This document shows, piece after piece, positions 40,427-51,696 of a stretch of 64,000 bases of DNA (position 1 is its first letter; each line of letters starts with the position of its first letter). The stretch is from IMG/VR virus record IMGVR_UViG_3300033802_000281; one strand, written 5' to 3'. This DNA is from a virus. The position numbers were made by a program, and so were the translations under genes. The notes under the pieces were generated by a model. That model searched no databases, was not told the origin of the DNA, and saw only the letters and a list, made by a program, of their open reading frames with translations.

Positions 40427-42007
40427 TTATTCTCCATTCTCTAAATTTTCTTCTTTATCATAAATAGTTTTATCAGGATTACGGCCCTCACTCGGCCTTC
40501 CACCTTGATCGTCTGTCTGATTATTTGTATATGCGGTCATTCGTGGAGAGAAAATGATGTCATATCCATTTTCCTTTTCTTCAACACGTTTACGTGCTTC
40601 TGTCTTCAAGTCGAGGCCAATTGTCTTGTAGACAGTTTCTAATGAAGCATTTAACTCGTTATGTAGTAATTTTGCTAAAGATATTGATAATTCAGTTGAC
40701 ATTTTTTCAGAATCAATAACCTTAATTTTTGGGTAATACTTTGGATCAATATTATTATCTTTAAGAATTCCTTTATACCATTTTTCTAAAATCCGCTCCA
40801 ATTGTTTGCATATTTTGTCAATGGTTTTCATTAACTCTGTAATACTTATTTGTGCTGTCCCAAATCCACCTTTATTATTAATTAAAAAGCTTATACCAAC
40901 GCTTGTCATAATATTTTCTCTATATTGATTTTTAATGTTTACATTTGTTGGTTCAATTTTGGGCTCAATATATTCAATACTTTCAACCCATGGCGGGCCA
41001 GTATAAACAGATACGCTTTGCATTTTTAGACTTTTCATTAAATCTTGATGTGCTTTAGCTTGAGCACTAAACCAATCGAGATTTGGATTTTTCTTTTCTT
41101 CTAGAAACAATTCTTTAGAAAGTTTCTGAAAAATTATCTTTTTTCCGCGAACCAAAGTGTTTTTATCATCAGATAGTTCAATATTTTCAAGTCGAATTAC
41201 TGGAATTAAAGCTTTATATATTGGTGACAAACCGTACTTTCTTTTAAAGTTGTTTGTTCTAATAATTCCAGAATTATTAATATCTAGTTTTGCATATTTT
41301 TCGTTATTCTTATAACCCTCGTAAACCTCTTTAGGATATGCTTTTCGAATCTCTTCGTCCATATCGGTAAAAAACAGTGGAGAATTTTTCCTGTTTTTTT
41401 GATATATTTTTTGTAAACGATTTTTCAATTCTGCAATATTTAATAACAAATAAGGATCGCCATTAACTGTATAATCTGATACTTCTATAATCCCTAGCGG
41501 ATAGTAATCTACTTGATATTGATTTTGATCTTTCTTTAGATAAATTGGATAGTTACCTTCTAAGTATGCCATAGGAATAGAATCAACAATAAGTTGCTCT
41601 AAATTAATAGATTCATTAAATTCATTAATGATTTCATCAACTTTTTTATAAATCTCTTTATCTTGTTCATTATAATTTGGATAGGAAAGAGTATAGTCGG
41701 CATTCACGTTTGATTCGATAGCTGAATAAACCATTCCTAATATATCGTTTTTATTTACATAATATCTTACAATATTATTTATTTTTATTATCTTATTTAA
41801 ATCACTTTGAGCACCAAGAGCTAATTTCTCAATAGAATCTATGTCAGCATTCCCAATAGATGTATTTTCATTAAAGTAGGTAGAAAACATCTCTTTATCT
41901 TTATAATTGTCTTTATAGTTTTTAATTGCACTTTGCAATGCATCTATTGCTAATTCATTTGATGTTATTAAAAATGTTTCTTGATCTACCTTGCTTACTT
42001 CAGACAA
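40427..42007 (-). CDS. Portal protein
   Basis: 526 aa directly after terminase; YGLSPIYKAL, C-terminal GGRP. Confidence 0.75.
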   Translation of the reverse strand: MSEVSKVDQETFLITSNELAIDALQSAIKNYKDNYKDKEMFSTYFNENTSIGNADIDSIEKLALGAQSDLNKIIKINNIVRYYVNKNDILGMVYSAIESNVNADYTLSYPNYNEQDKEIYKKVDEIINEFNESINLEQLIVDSIPMAYLEGNYPIYLKKDQNQYQVDYYPLGIIEVSDYTVNGDPYLLLNIAELKNRLQKIYQKNRKNSPLFFTDMDEEIRKAYPKEVYEGYKNNEKYAKLDINNSGIIRTNNFKRKYGLSPIYKALIPVIRLENIELSDDKNTLVRGKKIIFQKLSKELFLEEKKNPNLDWFSAQAKAHQDLMKSLKMQSVSVYTGPPWVESIEYIEPKIEPTNVNIKNQYRENIMTSVGISFLINNKGGFGTAQISITELMKTIDKICKQLERILEKWYKGILKDNNIDPKYYPKIKVIDSEKMSTELSISLAKLLHNELNASLETVYKTIGLDLKTEARKRVEEKENGYDIIFSPRMTAYTNNQTDDQGGRPSEGRNPDKTIYDKEENLENGE

Positions 42008-42025
42008 TCAATTCACCTCCCTTTC

Positions 42026-43912
42026 TTATAAGCGAATTTCTAATGATGAAACGTAACTTGGAATTGTATTTAAATCAATTTTTTCTCGTTCCTTATTTAC
42101 AATTGTACTCCTACGTAATTGTTGCAAATGCCATGCAAGCATCGCTACGCAATATGCCCGGTCGTCGTTCATTTTAGTTTCTTTATCAGGCGGAAGTGCA
42201 TAACGATAGTTACCATTACCACTATCAAAGCGATATATATTTACGATTTCTTCTTTTGCTAGATCTATATTTTTAAGCGCTAATTCTTCATCCCATGATA
42301 ATTTATATATTTTTTGCTCAGATTGTACATTTTTCTTTTTCTTATCATCGTCTTCATATTCAATTTCTTTATCTTCAAAAAGTGTAATATGACCTTTCAT
42401 ATCATACTCTGCTGTAAATGAAATAAGATCGAGATTCATCATCTCGACCAATGCATCAAACAATTGAGTTCTGTATTTTTTAGGATTTACAAGCTTTATT
42501 TTATCAATTGCATTTGGAAATTTATTCACATAGTCAACAGATTCAATTTTGTCGATTAAACCACGATGATTTTGACCTTTATTATCTTTCCAGTCTTCCA
42601 TAAAGTAATCCGCAATATTTACTCCGGCACCACCTGCACCGCTATCAATAAGTAAAGCACTTATATTTTCATAATCAGCAAATCCTAAACCATTATAATC
42701 AAGAAGCATTTGCTTAACTGCTGCTACTTGTTCAGGTGTACGCATGGGGGTCTTTTTCTTTTTGGCAACGTCAACAAATGACACACCATTACATATACGC
42801 ATTTTATAACCAACTTGCTCATCATAATATATTTCTCCAACCATACATACAGAATTGTCATAAGATCGAGCAGGGTCATATGCAATAGCAAATAATCCAC
42901 CATGATTGTTATAGAGAATCGGAGGACGAACTTCACTATTTCTAATAATGGTTGCACGTTTTATAGCTTGATTATCTCCACCTTCTGTAGAGAATTTATT
43001 GTAATATTCGCGTAACGCTTTTTCTTTATTTTTCTTCATTGCATCATCAATAACTTCTTGACGAAGAAGCGGAACAGGATATGGTTTGCCGTGTACAGTT
43101 GGATTTAATACGATTTCGGCATTAATATCTGCTACAAAATATCTTTTATCCCCAATAATCATTTTCTTTGAATAATCTTTATATACACGATAGAAATATG
43201 TATCTGTGCTAGATGCAGATGATGCAAAAATTGCTTGGTTTGGTATTTGTTTAGGTAATGTATCTAGATCAATATCTCCACCTAATTTAAAGTTGCTATC
43301 TTGTGTAATAAAAGGCATTGATGTTTCAAATAACTCATCAGGTGCAAATCCAGCTTCATCATAGAAATTTAGATTCGAACGTTTGGATCTGTTGTTATCA
43401 AAAGCACCATTTAGTGAATTTACAACAGACCCATTGTATAATTTATATTGAAATGAAGCTGGATTATGCGTAAAACCGTCAGTATTCGCCACAGATTTAA
43501 CCGTTTCGTTATAAAACACATCGGTTAATCCAGTAAAAGATGATATTTCACGTTTAGCTATTTTTTCTATTTTCATAAATGTTTCTTGTGCTTGGCTACC
43601 TACGCCAGATAATATGTAAATTTGCATATTAGGAAATAGATTTGATTTTGACATGATAAAAGGTGCACCCATCGTAGTTTTTCCAGACCCACGAGATTGA
43701 CACCATACATTAAAAGGGGTTACCCAACTTTTCATAAACACATAAGCCTGATTGTCAAGAAAGTCTATACCATAGAACCTACGACAATAATTAACGGGGT
43801 GTCTACGCTAGTTAACCTAGCGGCCCCACTGGATAATCTGCGCTAATCTCAAATACCCTTCTAGTTTTCTTTGAGATAACTCTTTTTTAGTTTTTTTTAA
43901 ATGAATATCCAT
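42026..43912 (-). CDS. Terminase large subunit (YonF-like), interrupted by two in-frame TAG codons at 43808-43819
   Basis: Walker A SRGSGKT, Walker B FYDEAG, nuclease AYDPA and DDRAY; RBS GAGGTG and ATG 43912 in frame with ORF 42026..43741 across the stops. Confidence 0.85.
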
Positions 43913-43944
43913 GTGGGAAAACATCACCTCTTTCTGTAATAGCG

Positions 43945-45012
43945 TTATGATTTTTCTTCGTAATTCTTATTTTTCATTTTTAACAACCTATTCTCTTCTT
44001 CTAATTCAGTAATTCTATCTTGCATTTTAACAATCATTTCTCTCTGTTCTTTGATCATTTCAGTATAATCATTTTCATTTAAATTCAACTGTTCCATTAT
44101 ACTTCGATTGCTTATATCGGCTACTTGTTTCATACCAGCAGCGGTTTCAATATCAAATAAATTAATTTCGGCAGCTTCTAGTCCAATCTCATGTAATTGT
44201 TTGATAATTCCTGATAATGTTCCTGCGCCTTTGGATTTATTATTATTGTAATTGACCGAAATGCCATTATCTTTTGCAAGGGCTAAGATTGACTTAAGCA
44301 TTTTTTCTTTTGCTTCAAATAAAGATTTAATATTTCCAATATTGTTAGTTACATCATTAACTGTCTGTGTTACCCGAGTTAATGCATGATTAATTTTGTC
44401 AATTTGATTAAATGTTTTTACAATTTCAATTACAGCGGGAAGTTTAAAACTATCTTCAAGTGTACTTTCATCAAGGAAATCAACTAATTTATTATATAAA
44501 TGACGCCTATCAGATTCATGTTCTGTTTCAAAAGGATCATAACCTACTTGTCTAATTACATCTTCTTTATTCCTTAAATCTTCAGGCGACATTTCAGTTC
44601 TAAGAAAATCATCTGATTGATTAATATTATTAGTTTCGTAAATTGTACTATTGTTATTTATTCCGTCATTAGTATCCACATGAGTTAATTCCCTATATTT
44701 TTCATTTAAATTAAGTGTTTTCATATACATACCAAAAGGATTTTTATTTTGCTTTTTCCCTTCTTCAAGTGAACGAAGCCACATGTCTACAATAAATGGC
44801 CTATTTAATCTCGCCAACATTGCTTTTACCGATTCAGTATTTGAAACATCTACATTATTGTTGATACAATCTTTACATACCGGAACTCGTCCATCAGAAT
44901 CAAATGGGCTATTGGATAGATAAAAATATTTATCTCTCAATCTACTTTTTCCACAACTTGTACAAATCTTGTAGCTTAAATCTTTCTTTTTTTGTTTTCT
45001 CATAAAAACCAA
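43945..45012 (-). CDS. Zinc-finger protein, candidate terminase small subunit
   Basis: ICTSCG...PVCKDCI; immediately upstream of the large subunit. Confidence 0.5.
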   Translation of the reverse strand: MVFMRKQKKKDLSYKICTSCGKSRLRDKYFYLSNSPFDSDGRVPVCKDCINNNVDVSNTESVKAMLARLNRPFIVDMWLRSLEEGKKQNKNPFGMYMKTLNLNEKYRELTHVDTNDGINNNSTIYETNNINQSDDFLRTEMSPEDLRNKEDVIRQVGYDPFETEHESDRRHLYNKLVDFLDESTLEDSFKLPAVIEIVKTFNQIDKINHALTRVTQTVNDVTNNIGNIKSLFEAKEKMLKSILALAKDNGISVNYNNNKSKGAGTLSGIIKQLHEIGLEAAEINLFDIETAAGMKQVADISNRSIMEQLNLNENDYTEMIKEQREMIVKMQDRITELEEENRLLKMKNKNYEEKS

Positions 45013-45095
45013 CCTTTTATCACATTTTAAAGGTAGTTGGAAATCTGAAAAAGAAAAAACCTGAGTAAATCTCAGGTTTATTATTTCACAGACTT

Positions 45096-45386
45096 TTATG
45101 TTTCTCCCATTAAGGATTTTACATCTAGCTCAAGTTGTTTAGCTCTATCCTGCAAGTACTGAATGTCATTCATTATTGTATTGATATTACAAACATATTG
45201 ATAAAAATCCCGCAGTACATCTTTTACTTGATTCTTATTTTTGCATTTTTTAATTGACTTATAATATTCATCAATGACATCATCGATATTAATATTTAAT
45301 TTAGGCATTAGTATAAAATCAATATCATCTGGCTCTTCTGCTAAAAATGAACCCGGTAAATCTTCATATTCATCATATTCATTCAT
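45096..45386 (-). CDS. Hypothetical protein
   Basis: ORF with GGAGG RBS. Confidence 0.55.
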   Translation of the reverse strand: MNEYDEYEDLPGSFLAEEPDDIDFILMPKLNINIDDVIDEYYKSIKKCKNKNQVKDVLRDFYQYVCNINTIMNDIQYLQDRAKQLELDVKSLMGET

Positions 45387-45467
45387 ATACCATTCTACCT
45401 CCTTCGCTTTTAGGAAGCAGAGGAATTATATAATTCATGCTTTGACAGGGTGGGGTGTTAATCTCTT

Positions 45468-45701
45468 TTATCCAAACTCTTTTTTCAATTCTTCAAGAAT
45501 TTCAGCATTCTTTATTATTTGCAATTCAACAATCTTTTCTCCGATTAAAACTACAACTTCGTCATAGAAAATCTCAAAAAGAGAATAAATATCTTCAACT
45601 GTTTTACATGATCCTAATAGTGCTACATAATCAGAAATTAATTCTTCTCTTTTTTTATGTACACGATCTTCAAGAAAGATAGTATTGATTCGATTTTTCA
45701 T
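45468..45701 (-). CDS. Hypothetical protein
   Basis: ATGA overlap with upstream gene. Confidence 0.55.
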   Translation of the reverse strand: MKNRINTIFLEDRVHKKREELISDYVALLGSCKTVEDIYSLFEIFYDEVVVLIGEKIVELQIIKNAEILEELKKEFG

Positions 45702-46924
45702 ACAACATCACATGAAATATTTATAGTATATTCAATTCTACCTTCTGAAGTGAAAATATGCATTTTTTGCATTGGTTCTGAATAATAACGTTTTGATATA
45801 GCGTAATCATCTACACCCATAAGGCTACCGTTAGTAATCACTTTAGTGCGTCCATATTCTTTCACAGTATCACTATGTATATGTCCTGCAAAAATGTATC
45901 TTGGCACTATTCCTAGTACTTGTGGAAGTGATTTTGCAACGTTTGATATATGGTCTAAATCACCATGTATGTATATATGATAAGGATTAAATTCCTTATC
46001 AACAAAATATCCGTCTTCATCACGATAAATTTCAATATTTTTAAACTCACGAAGTCGTGCTTGTAAATACCACGGTATTAAATTTTCAAGATTTTCTTTA
46101 AAAATTGACTCATTCTTATTAGCAATTAAACGTGCATGATTACCAATAATATTTATAAATTTTACAACACGAACATGTTTTGAAACTTCAACTATTGCCT
46201 CTGCTAATGATTCTGAAACTGTTTGAATTTGTCTTACAACATCTTCGCTTGACTGAACTCTTGTTGATACGTGTATTGCACCAGATAAAAAATCACCTAG
46301 CGCTCCAATAGTTAGTGTATCAATATTATGTTTTTCAATATAATAAATCATCATTGATACAAGATGTTGAAGGCGTTGACGAAAAATTTCCGGATTATAC
46401 TTATTCAAGCTGTTTTCAAAATCAGCAGCGTAATGCCAATCGCTCCAAAGGCAATTTGCTTTTACGTTAGTGTTTGTTTTTAGTATAGGTACAAATTTTA
46501 AAGGTTTAGTCTTTTCTAATTCACGAATAGCTAATTGTATTTCATTTTTTAAATGCTCAAATCTTGCTTGCTGTCGAATAATATTATTTATTTCTCTTTT
46601 CTGATCTTGTAATCGGTATTTTTCTTTTTGAAATTCTGTAGTTTTATCCTGAATTTCTCTTAAGTATTCATCCGAATTTACTATTTTACGTGTTATAAGA
46701 TCTTTCCATCGCTGATAACTAGCAAAATCTTTTCGCCATTTTGATTCTGAATAATCTTCGCCTGCTTCAGCATTTAATAGTGTTGTAGCTGTTGTCCAAT
46801 TTAAACCATATAAGTCAAGGTTTTCGCCTATTCGAATTAAAAAATCGTCTAAACTTTCATCTGGCCTTCTTTTTATATCATTGTAATTCATTGCATCACC
46901 TACAATTACAATAGATTCGCACAA
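45698..46924 (-). CDS. Calcineurin-like metallophosphoesterase
   Basis: SDWH, LGD, GNH, HGD, GHIH motifs. Confidence 0.85.
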   Translation of the reverse strand: MCESIVIVGDAMNYNDIKRRPDESLDDFLIRIGENLDLYGLNWTTATTLLNAEAGEDYSESKWRKDFASYQRWKDLITRKIVNSDEYLREIQDKTTEFQKEKYRLQDQKREINNIIRQQARFEHLKNEIQLAIRELEKTKPLKFVPILKTNTNVKANCLWSDWHYAADFENSLNKYNPEIFRQRLQHLVSMMIYYIEKHNIDTLTIGALGDFLSGAIHVSTRVQSSEDVVRQIQTVSESLAEAIVEVSKHVRVVKFINIIGNHARLIANKNESIFKENLENLIPWYLQARLREFKNIEIYRDEDGYFVDKEFNPYHIYIHGDLDHISNVAKSLPQVLGIVPRYIFAGHIHSDTVKEYGRTKVITNGSLMGVDDYAISKRYYSEPMQKMHIFTSEGRIEYTINISCDVV

Positions 46925-48213
46925 AGCTGTGCAACGGTTGACCGTTCGCTTTTCCTAAAGGTAATATGTCCAGAAATACTTTCATGTTTAAGTTTTTCAA
47001 TAAGATAAATAAGACCATTTGAATACATATCGAGATATGGTGAATCTATTTGTTCTGGATCTCCAAGTAATACCAATTTACTACCTTCACCAATTCGCGT
47101 AGCGATTGTCTTGACTTCGTGTGGAGTAAGGTTTTGAGCTTCATCAATTATAAAATATTGATTTGTAATTGAGCGACCACGAATATATGTTAGAGCTTCA
47201 ACTTGTACTATATCTTCATATCCTGCCAATTTCTTATCAAGTTCGTTGCTACTTTTGCAATCAAATAGAAATTCAAGGTTATCATAAATTGGTTGCATCC
47301 AATATCTTAGTTTTTCATCTTTTTCTCCGGGCAAGTATCCTATGTCTCGACCGAGCGGAATAATTGATCGTGCGGCAAGCACTCTCGAATACTGCGTATC
47401 ATTTAGTGACTGATCAAGTCCGGCCGCAAGTGACAGTAAAGTTTTTCCTGTTCCAGCTTTTCCGATTAAAGTAACGATAGGAACATTTGGATCAAGTAAT
47501 AATTCAAGTGCCATCATTTGTTCTACATTTTTGTGTATAATGCCAAAGACATTGTTTCTATAATATTTCAATGAAATCAACTTTTTGTTTACTTTTCTAG
47601 CGACAGCACTTTTTTTATTTGATCCTTTTAAGACAAAGAAATGGTTTTCAGGACTATGTTTAAAAATATCTAGATCAGTTTGTAAAAATGACTCTTTATA
47701 AAACTGATCAATAATTTCATCTTCAACGTAAACTTCAGTATAACCTTTATAAAAACTATCTTGATTAATATCAATTTTATCTTGAATATAATCTTCAGAT
47801 TTTATTTTTAAAATATCCGATTTAACACGAACTAATATATCTTTTGATACCAATATTGTTTCATAGTTTTCGTCTGTAAACTGCTTAGCAACTGATAAAA
47901 TTGCATTATCATTTTTATTATCATTGAAAATATTAAAAACTGGTGAATCAACATGATGCATTAAAATTTTCAATCTTCCACCGTTCTTCAACATTACACC
48001 ATTATGTAAACTACCAGTTTGTCTTAATTTATCTAATTCTCTTGATATATATCTAGCATTTCGGCCCAATTCATCATTTTGTTTCTTAAAATTATCTAGC
48101 TCTTCAAGGACTACAGAAGGAATAACTACATAGTTTTTACCAAAAGAATAAAGGGCATTTGGATCATATAGTAGTACATTTGTATCTAGAACGTATATTT
48201 TCATTGGCAGCAT
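46906..48213 (-). CDS. phoH: PIN-PhoH (PhoH2/YlaK-like) protein
   Basis: PIN motif YVLDTNVLL; GKAGTGKT, LPG, YIRGRS, DEAQN, GDPEQID. Confidence 0.92.
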   Translation of the reverse strand: MLPMKIYVLDTNVLLYDPNALYSFGKNYVVIPSVVLEELDNFKKQNDELGRNARYISRELDKLRQTGSLHNGVMLKNGGRLKILMHHVDSPVFNIFNDNKNDNAILSVAKQFTDENYETILVSKDILVRVKSDILKIKSEDYIQDKIDINQDSFYKGYTEVYVEDEIIDQFYKESFLQTDLDIFKHSPENHFFVLKGSNKKSAVARKVNKKLISLKYYRNNVFGIIHKNVEQMMALELLLDPNVPIVTLIGKAGTGKTLLSLAAGLDQSLNDTQYSRVLAARSIIPLGRDIGYLPGEKDEKLRYWMQPIYDNLEFLFDCKSSNELDKKLAGYEDIVQVEALTYIRGRSITNQYFIIDEAQNLTPHEVKTIATRIGEGSKLVLLGDPEQIDSPYLDMYSNGLIYLIEKLKHESISGHITFRKSERSTVAQLCANLL

Positions 48214-48236
48214 AACCTTTCGTTAAATATTTTTAT

Positions 48237-48566
48237 TCAAATACTATTCTTCAATTTTTCTGCTGCCTTAAACAAAACATTGCGGGTTGATTCAATATCA
48301 ATTAACGCTTTGTTTTTAGCTTCCTTTTTTGATAAACCTTCTGCAATTAATTTTTGATAAAGATGAGGATTAATCCCTATCCTACCTTTTCTATTCGTAA
48401 CTTCAAATGTACCGAATTGTTGAATTTGAACTTTTTCATCTTCTTCAAGCGTCTTTGAAATAATATCAAAAACTGTATTTACAATTACTTTAACCTGTTG
48501 TTTTGTGATATCTACTTCATTCTTTGCTTGACGATGAACTTGACTAATTAGTTCGTTCTTATTCAT
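48237..48566 (-). CDS. HU-family DNA-binding protein
   Basis: MNKNELI...VQIQQFGTFEV..RKGRIGINP...FKAAEKLK, with an insertion in the arm. Confidence 0.88.
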   Translation of the reverse strand: MNKNELISQVHRQAKNEVDITKQQVKVIVNTVFDIISKTLEEDEKVQIQQFGTFEVTNRKGRIGINPHLYQKLIAEGLSKKEAKNKALIDIESTRNVLFKAAEKLKNSI

Positions 48567-48726
48567 ATTTATATATCAAACCCCTTAATTACAAGATAGT
48601 GACTCTCCCTTAGAAGGACATTGTAGAAAAAATACAAAAACGTAAAAACTACTATATTTATAGTTCTTTTCATTATGCTGATTTTTCATTAAAAAGTATT
48701 AAAATGTTCTATAAATATAGTGTTTT

Positions 48727-51318
48727 TTAAAATTGTCCACGTTTTTTCCTATATTCACGCTCTTTTATGGATTTATACTGTTTACGAACGTCTTTTTTAC
48801 AATCATCACAATACTTTTGGTTCTTTCCTTTAACTAAAGTTCTTTTTCCGCAGTTCATACAAACAACTTGATTTTTATAATGTATATCCAAATTGTTCTT
48901 TAAATTTTCAACAATAATATCACCAAAACATTCCCAAAGAGTTGTTTTATAACTTGATCTCTTATTTTTATATAAGTATTTAATAATTACGTCTGTAACA
49001 AAATAAAGATCTCTGTTACCTACAATTTCATTTTTGATATTCTGATAAAGAAATAATATATTATTATGTTTTTCAATTGGATTTATTAAAAATCTTCGTT
49101 TTAAATCTAATTTTTCATATCTATCAATTATTTCATAATCAATTTCTACATTGTTATTTTTCATAAGCATTTTATAATCAAATTTCCCCAAAGTTTTTAA
49201 ATTAAATCTAATTTGATAATTAGGAATTATTTTTTCCAGCCTATTTACTACACTATTATTGATTGGTTCAACACTTTTTTTCTCATAATCTTTTGCATAA
49301 ATAAAGAAATAAGGGACTTTTTTGTTAATTAATTTATTTATTCTTTTATTGATTTTCTTTGGTCGTATAGGCTTATAAAGCGTTTTTGCATAATCAATGA
49401 CAAAATTATTCTCCATGCAAAGCCACTTTATCACATCAAGATCAATATCATCACCATTCCAAATTTTTGTGATATTATTGCTTATAACTCCTATATTGCC
49501 TCCAGTATATGCAGCTATTAATCCATGATAAATTGCTTCGTTTGAAATCTGTTCTGCTCCGGCTTTTGCCATTTCATATTGTAAAGGCACAATGTCTTTC
49601 ATATTTCTTTCTGCTACTTCAATTAGAGTTGGATCTGATACTACAAGTGCTTTGTCTCCATCTTGGTCAAACATAAGAATTTTACTAATAGGGTCATGAC
49701 AACTTGTATATAATCCCTTTGTGATAAACCATTTTTTAGTTTCATTATTGATTTTATTAACCCTAATTGCATGTTCTCGATACAAATGCGGACTTCTTAA
49801 GCAATCGAGTTTATAATAACTTTTAAATAATTCACAAGACACTTCACCATTATTTAATAATCCGATAGGATTTTTGTTTTCTAAAAATAAGAATTCACAA
49901 AAAGCATAAAGATCGGGGATGATAAAAGTATATTTGCCGTGTATGTCAAGTTTACCCGCTCTTGCTTCTTTTATTAAGCTTTTCTTTACATCTTTTAAAA
50001 TTTGCTTACTATACGTATCATGTAAGAGTTCAGGATATATTTCTAAAGCTTTTTGTAAATAATTCTTATTTTTATTTGACGGTTTTACTCCTAAAATTTT
50101 TAGCATCGTTCCAATATCTTTTGTTAAATTAATTATATTTTGTTTTGTAATGTAGCTTATCTTTTCTAATTCTTGATCACTAAAATCAATAAGTGTTTGA
50201 AGCATTTGATAATTAATCTTCGCATAATCAATTTGATCTTCTTCTTCATTACATATTCCAGCTTGACAATTAAATTGAACAAAGTAATTTTTATATTCAT
50301 CCCAAGAAGAGTAATATTTCCACATTTTAAATTGGCTTTTAGTAAAAATAATTTCAATCTCGTCTTCTAGGATATCATATTCTTTCCCATAAATGTCTTT
50401 TATAACTCCTATACTTTTGTCCTTTAATTCTTTTCTTTTTTCTTTGATAAACCTATCAAAAGGGAAAGGTACAAGTAACCCTTTAATCCAAGGCATCCTA
50501 ATCATAAAGCTTTTCTTAGAGAGGGATGGTAGAATCATTCCACAACCATCCGTGTGATTAATAAGAATATCCATATCTTTTCTAGTTATTTCATATGTTT
50601 TTTCATCAATAAAATCGACTAAACTACGAATAGTCGTTTCCATATCATCGACAATAATAGTTTTATGAATCGGAAAGTTAACCCATTGATCTGTTGCACT
50701 ATTACAAAGTGCTAAATAGGCAAGAAATTTATTTATATTTACTCCGCCTAATTCATTAATTTTTTCAGTTGTTAATCCACACATTAAAGATTGTTGATGC
50801 TTTTTATATACAGATTCCTTAATAAAAACTGTTTTTTTCGTTCGGATTTGCCCTGCCGAAGCAGTAAAACAAATATATTTTTCACCATTATGTATAAATC
50901 CATGTAAAATAATATCTTTTAATACATCAAAGAAGTAAGTCTGTATTACAAATAGATCTTCAGTTAATTCTCCTTCTTTAATACCTAATGTACGTGTTAA
51001 AGTTGATTCAAAAAGAGAAATAATATTTTTTTTATTCAAAGATTTAGGATCTAGTTTTCTAATTCCTTTATGTTTTTTAAATATATTGTACAAAACATTT
51101 TTAAGTGTTTTGATTTTTTTATTAAGTAAACGATATTCACTTTTCAAATCATTTAATTCTGTAATATTATCACATTTTACAATCTTAGATTTAATAACAT
51201 TCTTTTCGATATGTATTTTTGATAATTGTTCGTGTATTTCTTTTTCTTCATCGGTATAAAAAGCATCGGTCGAAATACTGTAAAGATGAACTTGTTTGTC
51301 TAGGCTGATTTTTATCAC
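48727..51318 (-). CDS. yonO: YonO-type single-subunit (RdRP-related) phage DNA-dependent RNA polymerase
   Basis: TASAGQIR, HTDGCGMI, RSPHL, catalytic FDQDGD; upstream of late operon as in SPbeta. Confidence 0.9.
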   Translation of the reverse strand: MIKISLDKQVHLYSISTDAFYTDEEKEIHEQLSKIHIEKNVIKSKIVKCDNITELNDLKSEYRLLNKKIKTLKNVLYNIFKKHKGIRKLDPKSLNKKNIISLFESTLTRTLGIKEGELTEDLFVIQTYFFDVLKDIILHGFIHNGEKYICFTASAGQIRTKKTVFIKESVYKKHQQSLMCGLTTEKINELGGVNINKFLAYLALCNSATDQWVNFPIHKTIIVDDMETTIRSLVDFIDEKTYEITRKDMDILINHTDGCGMILPSLSKKSFMIRMPWIKGLLVPFPFDRFIKEKRKELKDKSIGVIKDIYGKEYDILEDEIEIIFTKSQFKMWKYYSSWDEYKNYFVQFNCQAGICNEEEDQIDYAKINYQMLQTLIDFSDQELEKISYITKQNIINLTKDIGTMLKILGVKPSNKNKNYLQKALEIYPELLHDTYSKQILKDVKKSLIKEARAGKLDIHGKYTFIIPDLYAFCEFLFLENKNPIGLLNNGEVSCELFKSYYKLDCLRSPHLYREHAIRVNKINNETKKWFITKGLYTSCHDPISKILMFDQDGDKALVVSDPTLIEVAERNMKDIVPLQYEMAKAGAEQISNEAIYHGLIAAYTGGNIGVISNNITKIWNGDDIDLDVIKWLCMENNFVIDYAKTLYKPIRPKKINKRINKLINKKVPYFFIYAKDYEKKSVEPINNSVVNRLEKIIPNYQIRFNLKTLGKFDYKMLMKNNNVEIDYEIIDRYEKLDLKRRFLINPIEKHNNILFLYQNIKNEIVGNRDLYFVTDVIIKYLYKNKRSSYKTTLWECFGDIIVENLKNNLDIHYKNQVVCMNCGKRTLVKGKNQKYCDDCKKDVRKQYKSIKEREYRKKRGQF

Positions 51319-51331
51319 TTCCTCACATACC

Positions 51332-51526
51332 TTACAAATCGTAAATATCTCGTTTATATTTTTTTCTTATTCTCTTTGTTTTTATAAATTCATCCTGAAA
51401 CCATTTATCTACGATTTCCTGAGTATCCTCGCAAAAGTCTTGTGCTTCATCATCTAATAATCCATCATAATAAACATCTTGCCATGTCATATGCTTTCCA
51501 TTCCTTCGTTTTTGATCCATAAACAT
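51332..51526 (-). CDS. Small hypothetical protein
   Basis: 64-aa ORF with AAGGGG RBS ahead of yonO. Confidence 0.5.
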   Translation of the reverse strand: MFMDQKRRNGKHMTWQDVYYDGLLDDEAQDFCEDTQEIVDKWFQDEFIKTKRIRKKYKRDIYDL

Positions 51527-51635
51527 TTCCCCTTGTAGTACAATTTTATCATCCCCTAAAAATGGAATAATTATATTTATAATCTATCAGAGATTATTTA
51601 AAAAATCAAGTGTTTTATAAAATTTATTTTTAATA

Positions 51636-51664
51636 TTGACTTTAATATGCTTACTAATTATAAT
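51636..51664 (+). promoter_or_regulatory. SigA-type promoter
   Basis: TTGACT-17-TATAAT. Confidence 0.75.
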
Positions 51665-51696
51665 AAAATAAAAATAGTAGGCGGAGGCTGAAATTA

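Noticed and set aside
43808-43819. Genome-wide TAG reassignment explaining the terminase stops
   Set aside because: TAG is an ordinary stop for other genes (e.g. ends at 4117, 9708, 58699, 62670), and no suppressor tRNA was seen in the window
43802-43825. IS footprint with CTAG duplication, or a mini group I intron
   Set aside because: Removing one CTAG unit still leaves a stop; no in-frame U|...G excision restores the expected length, and no intron core is present
391-50370. Many short plus-strand ORFs opposite the late operon
   Set aside because: Antisense to long, well-supported minus-strand genes, with no RBS or motif support
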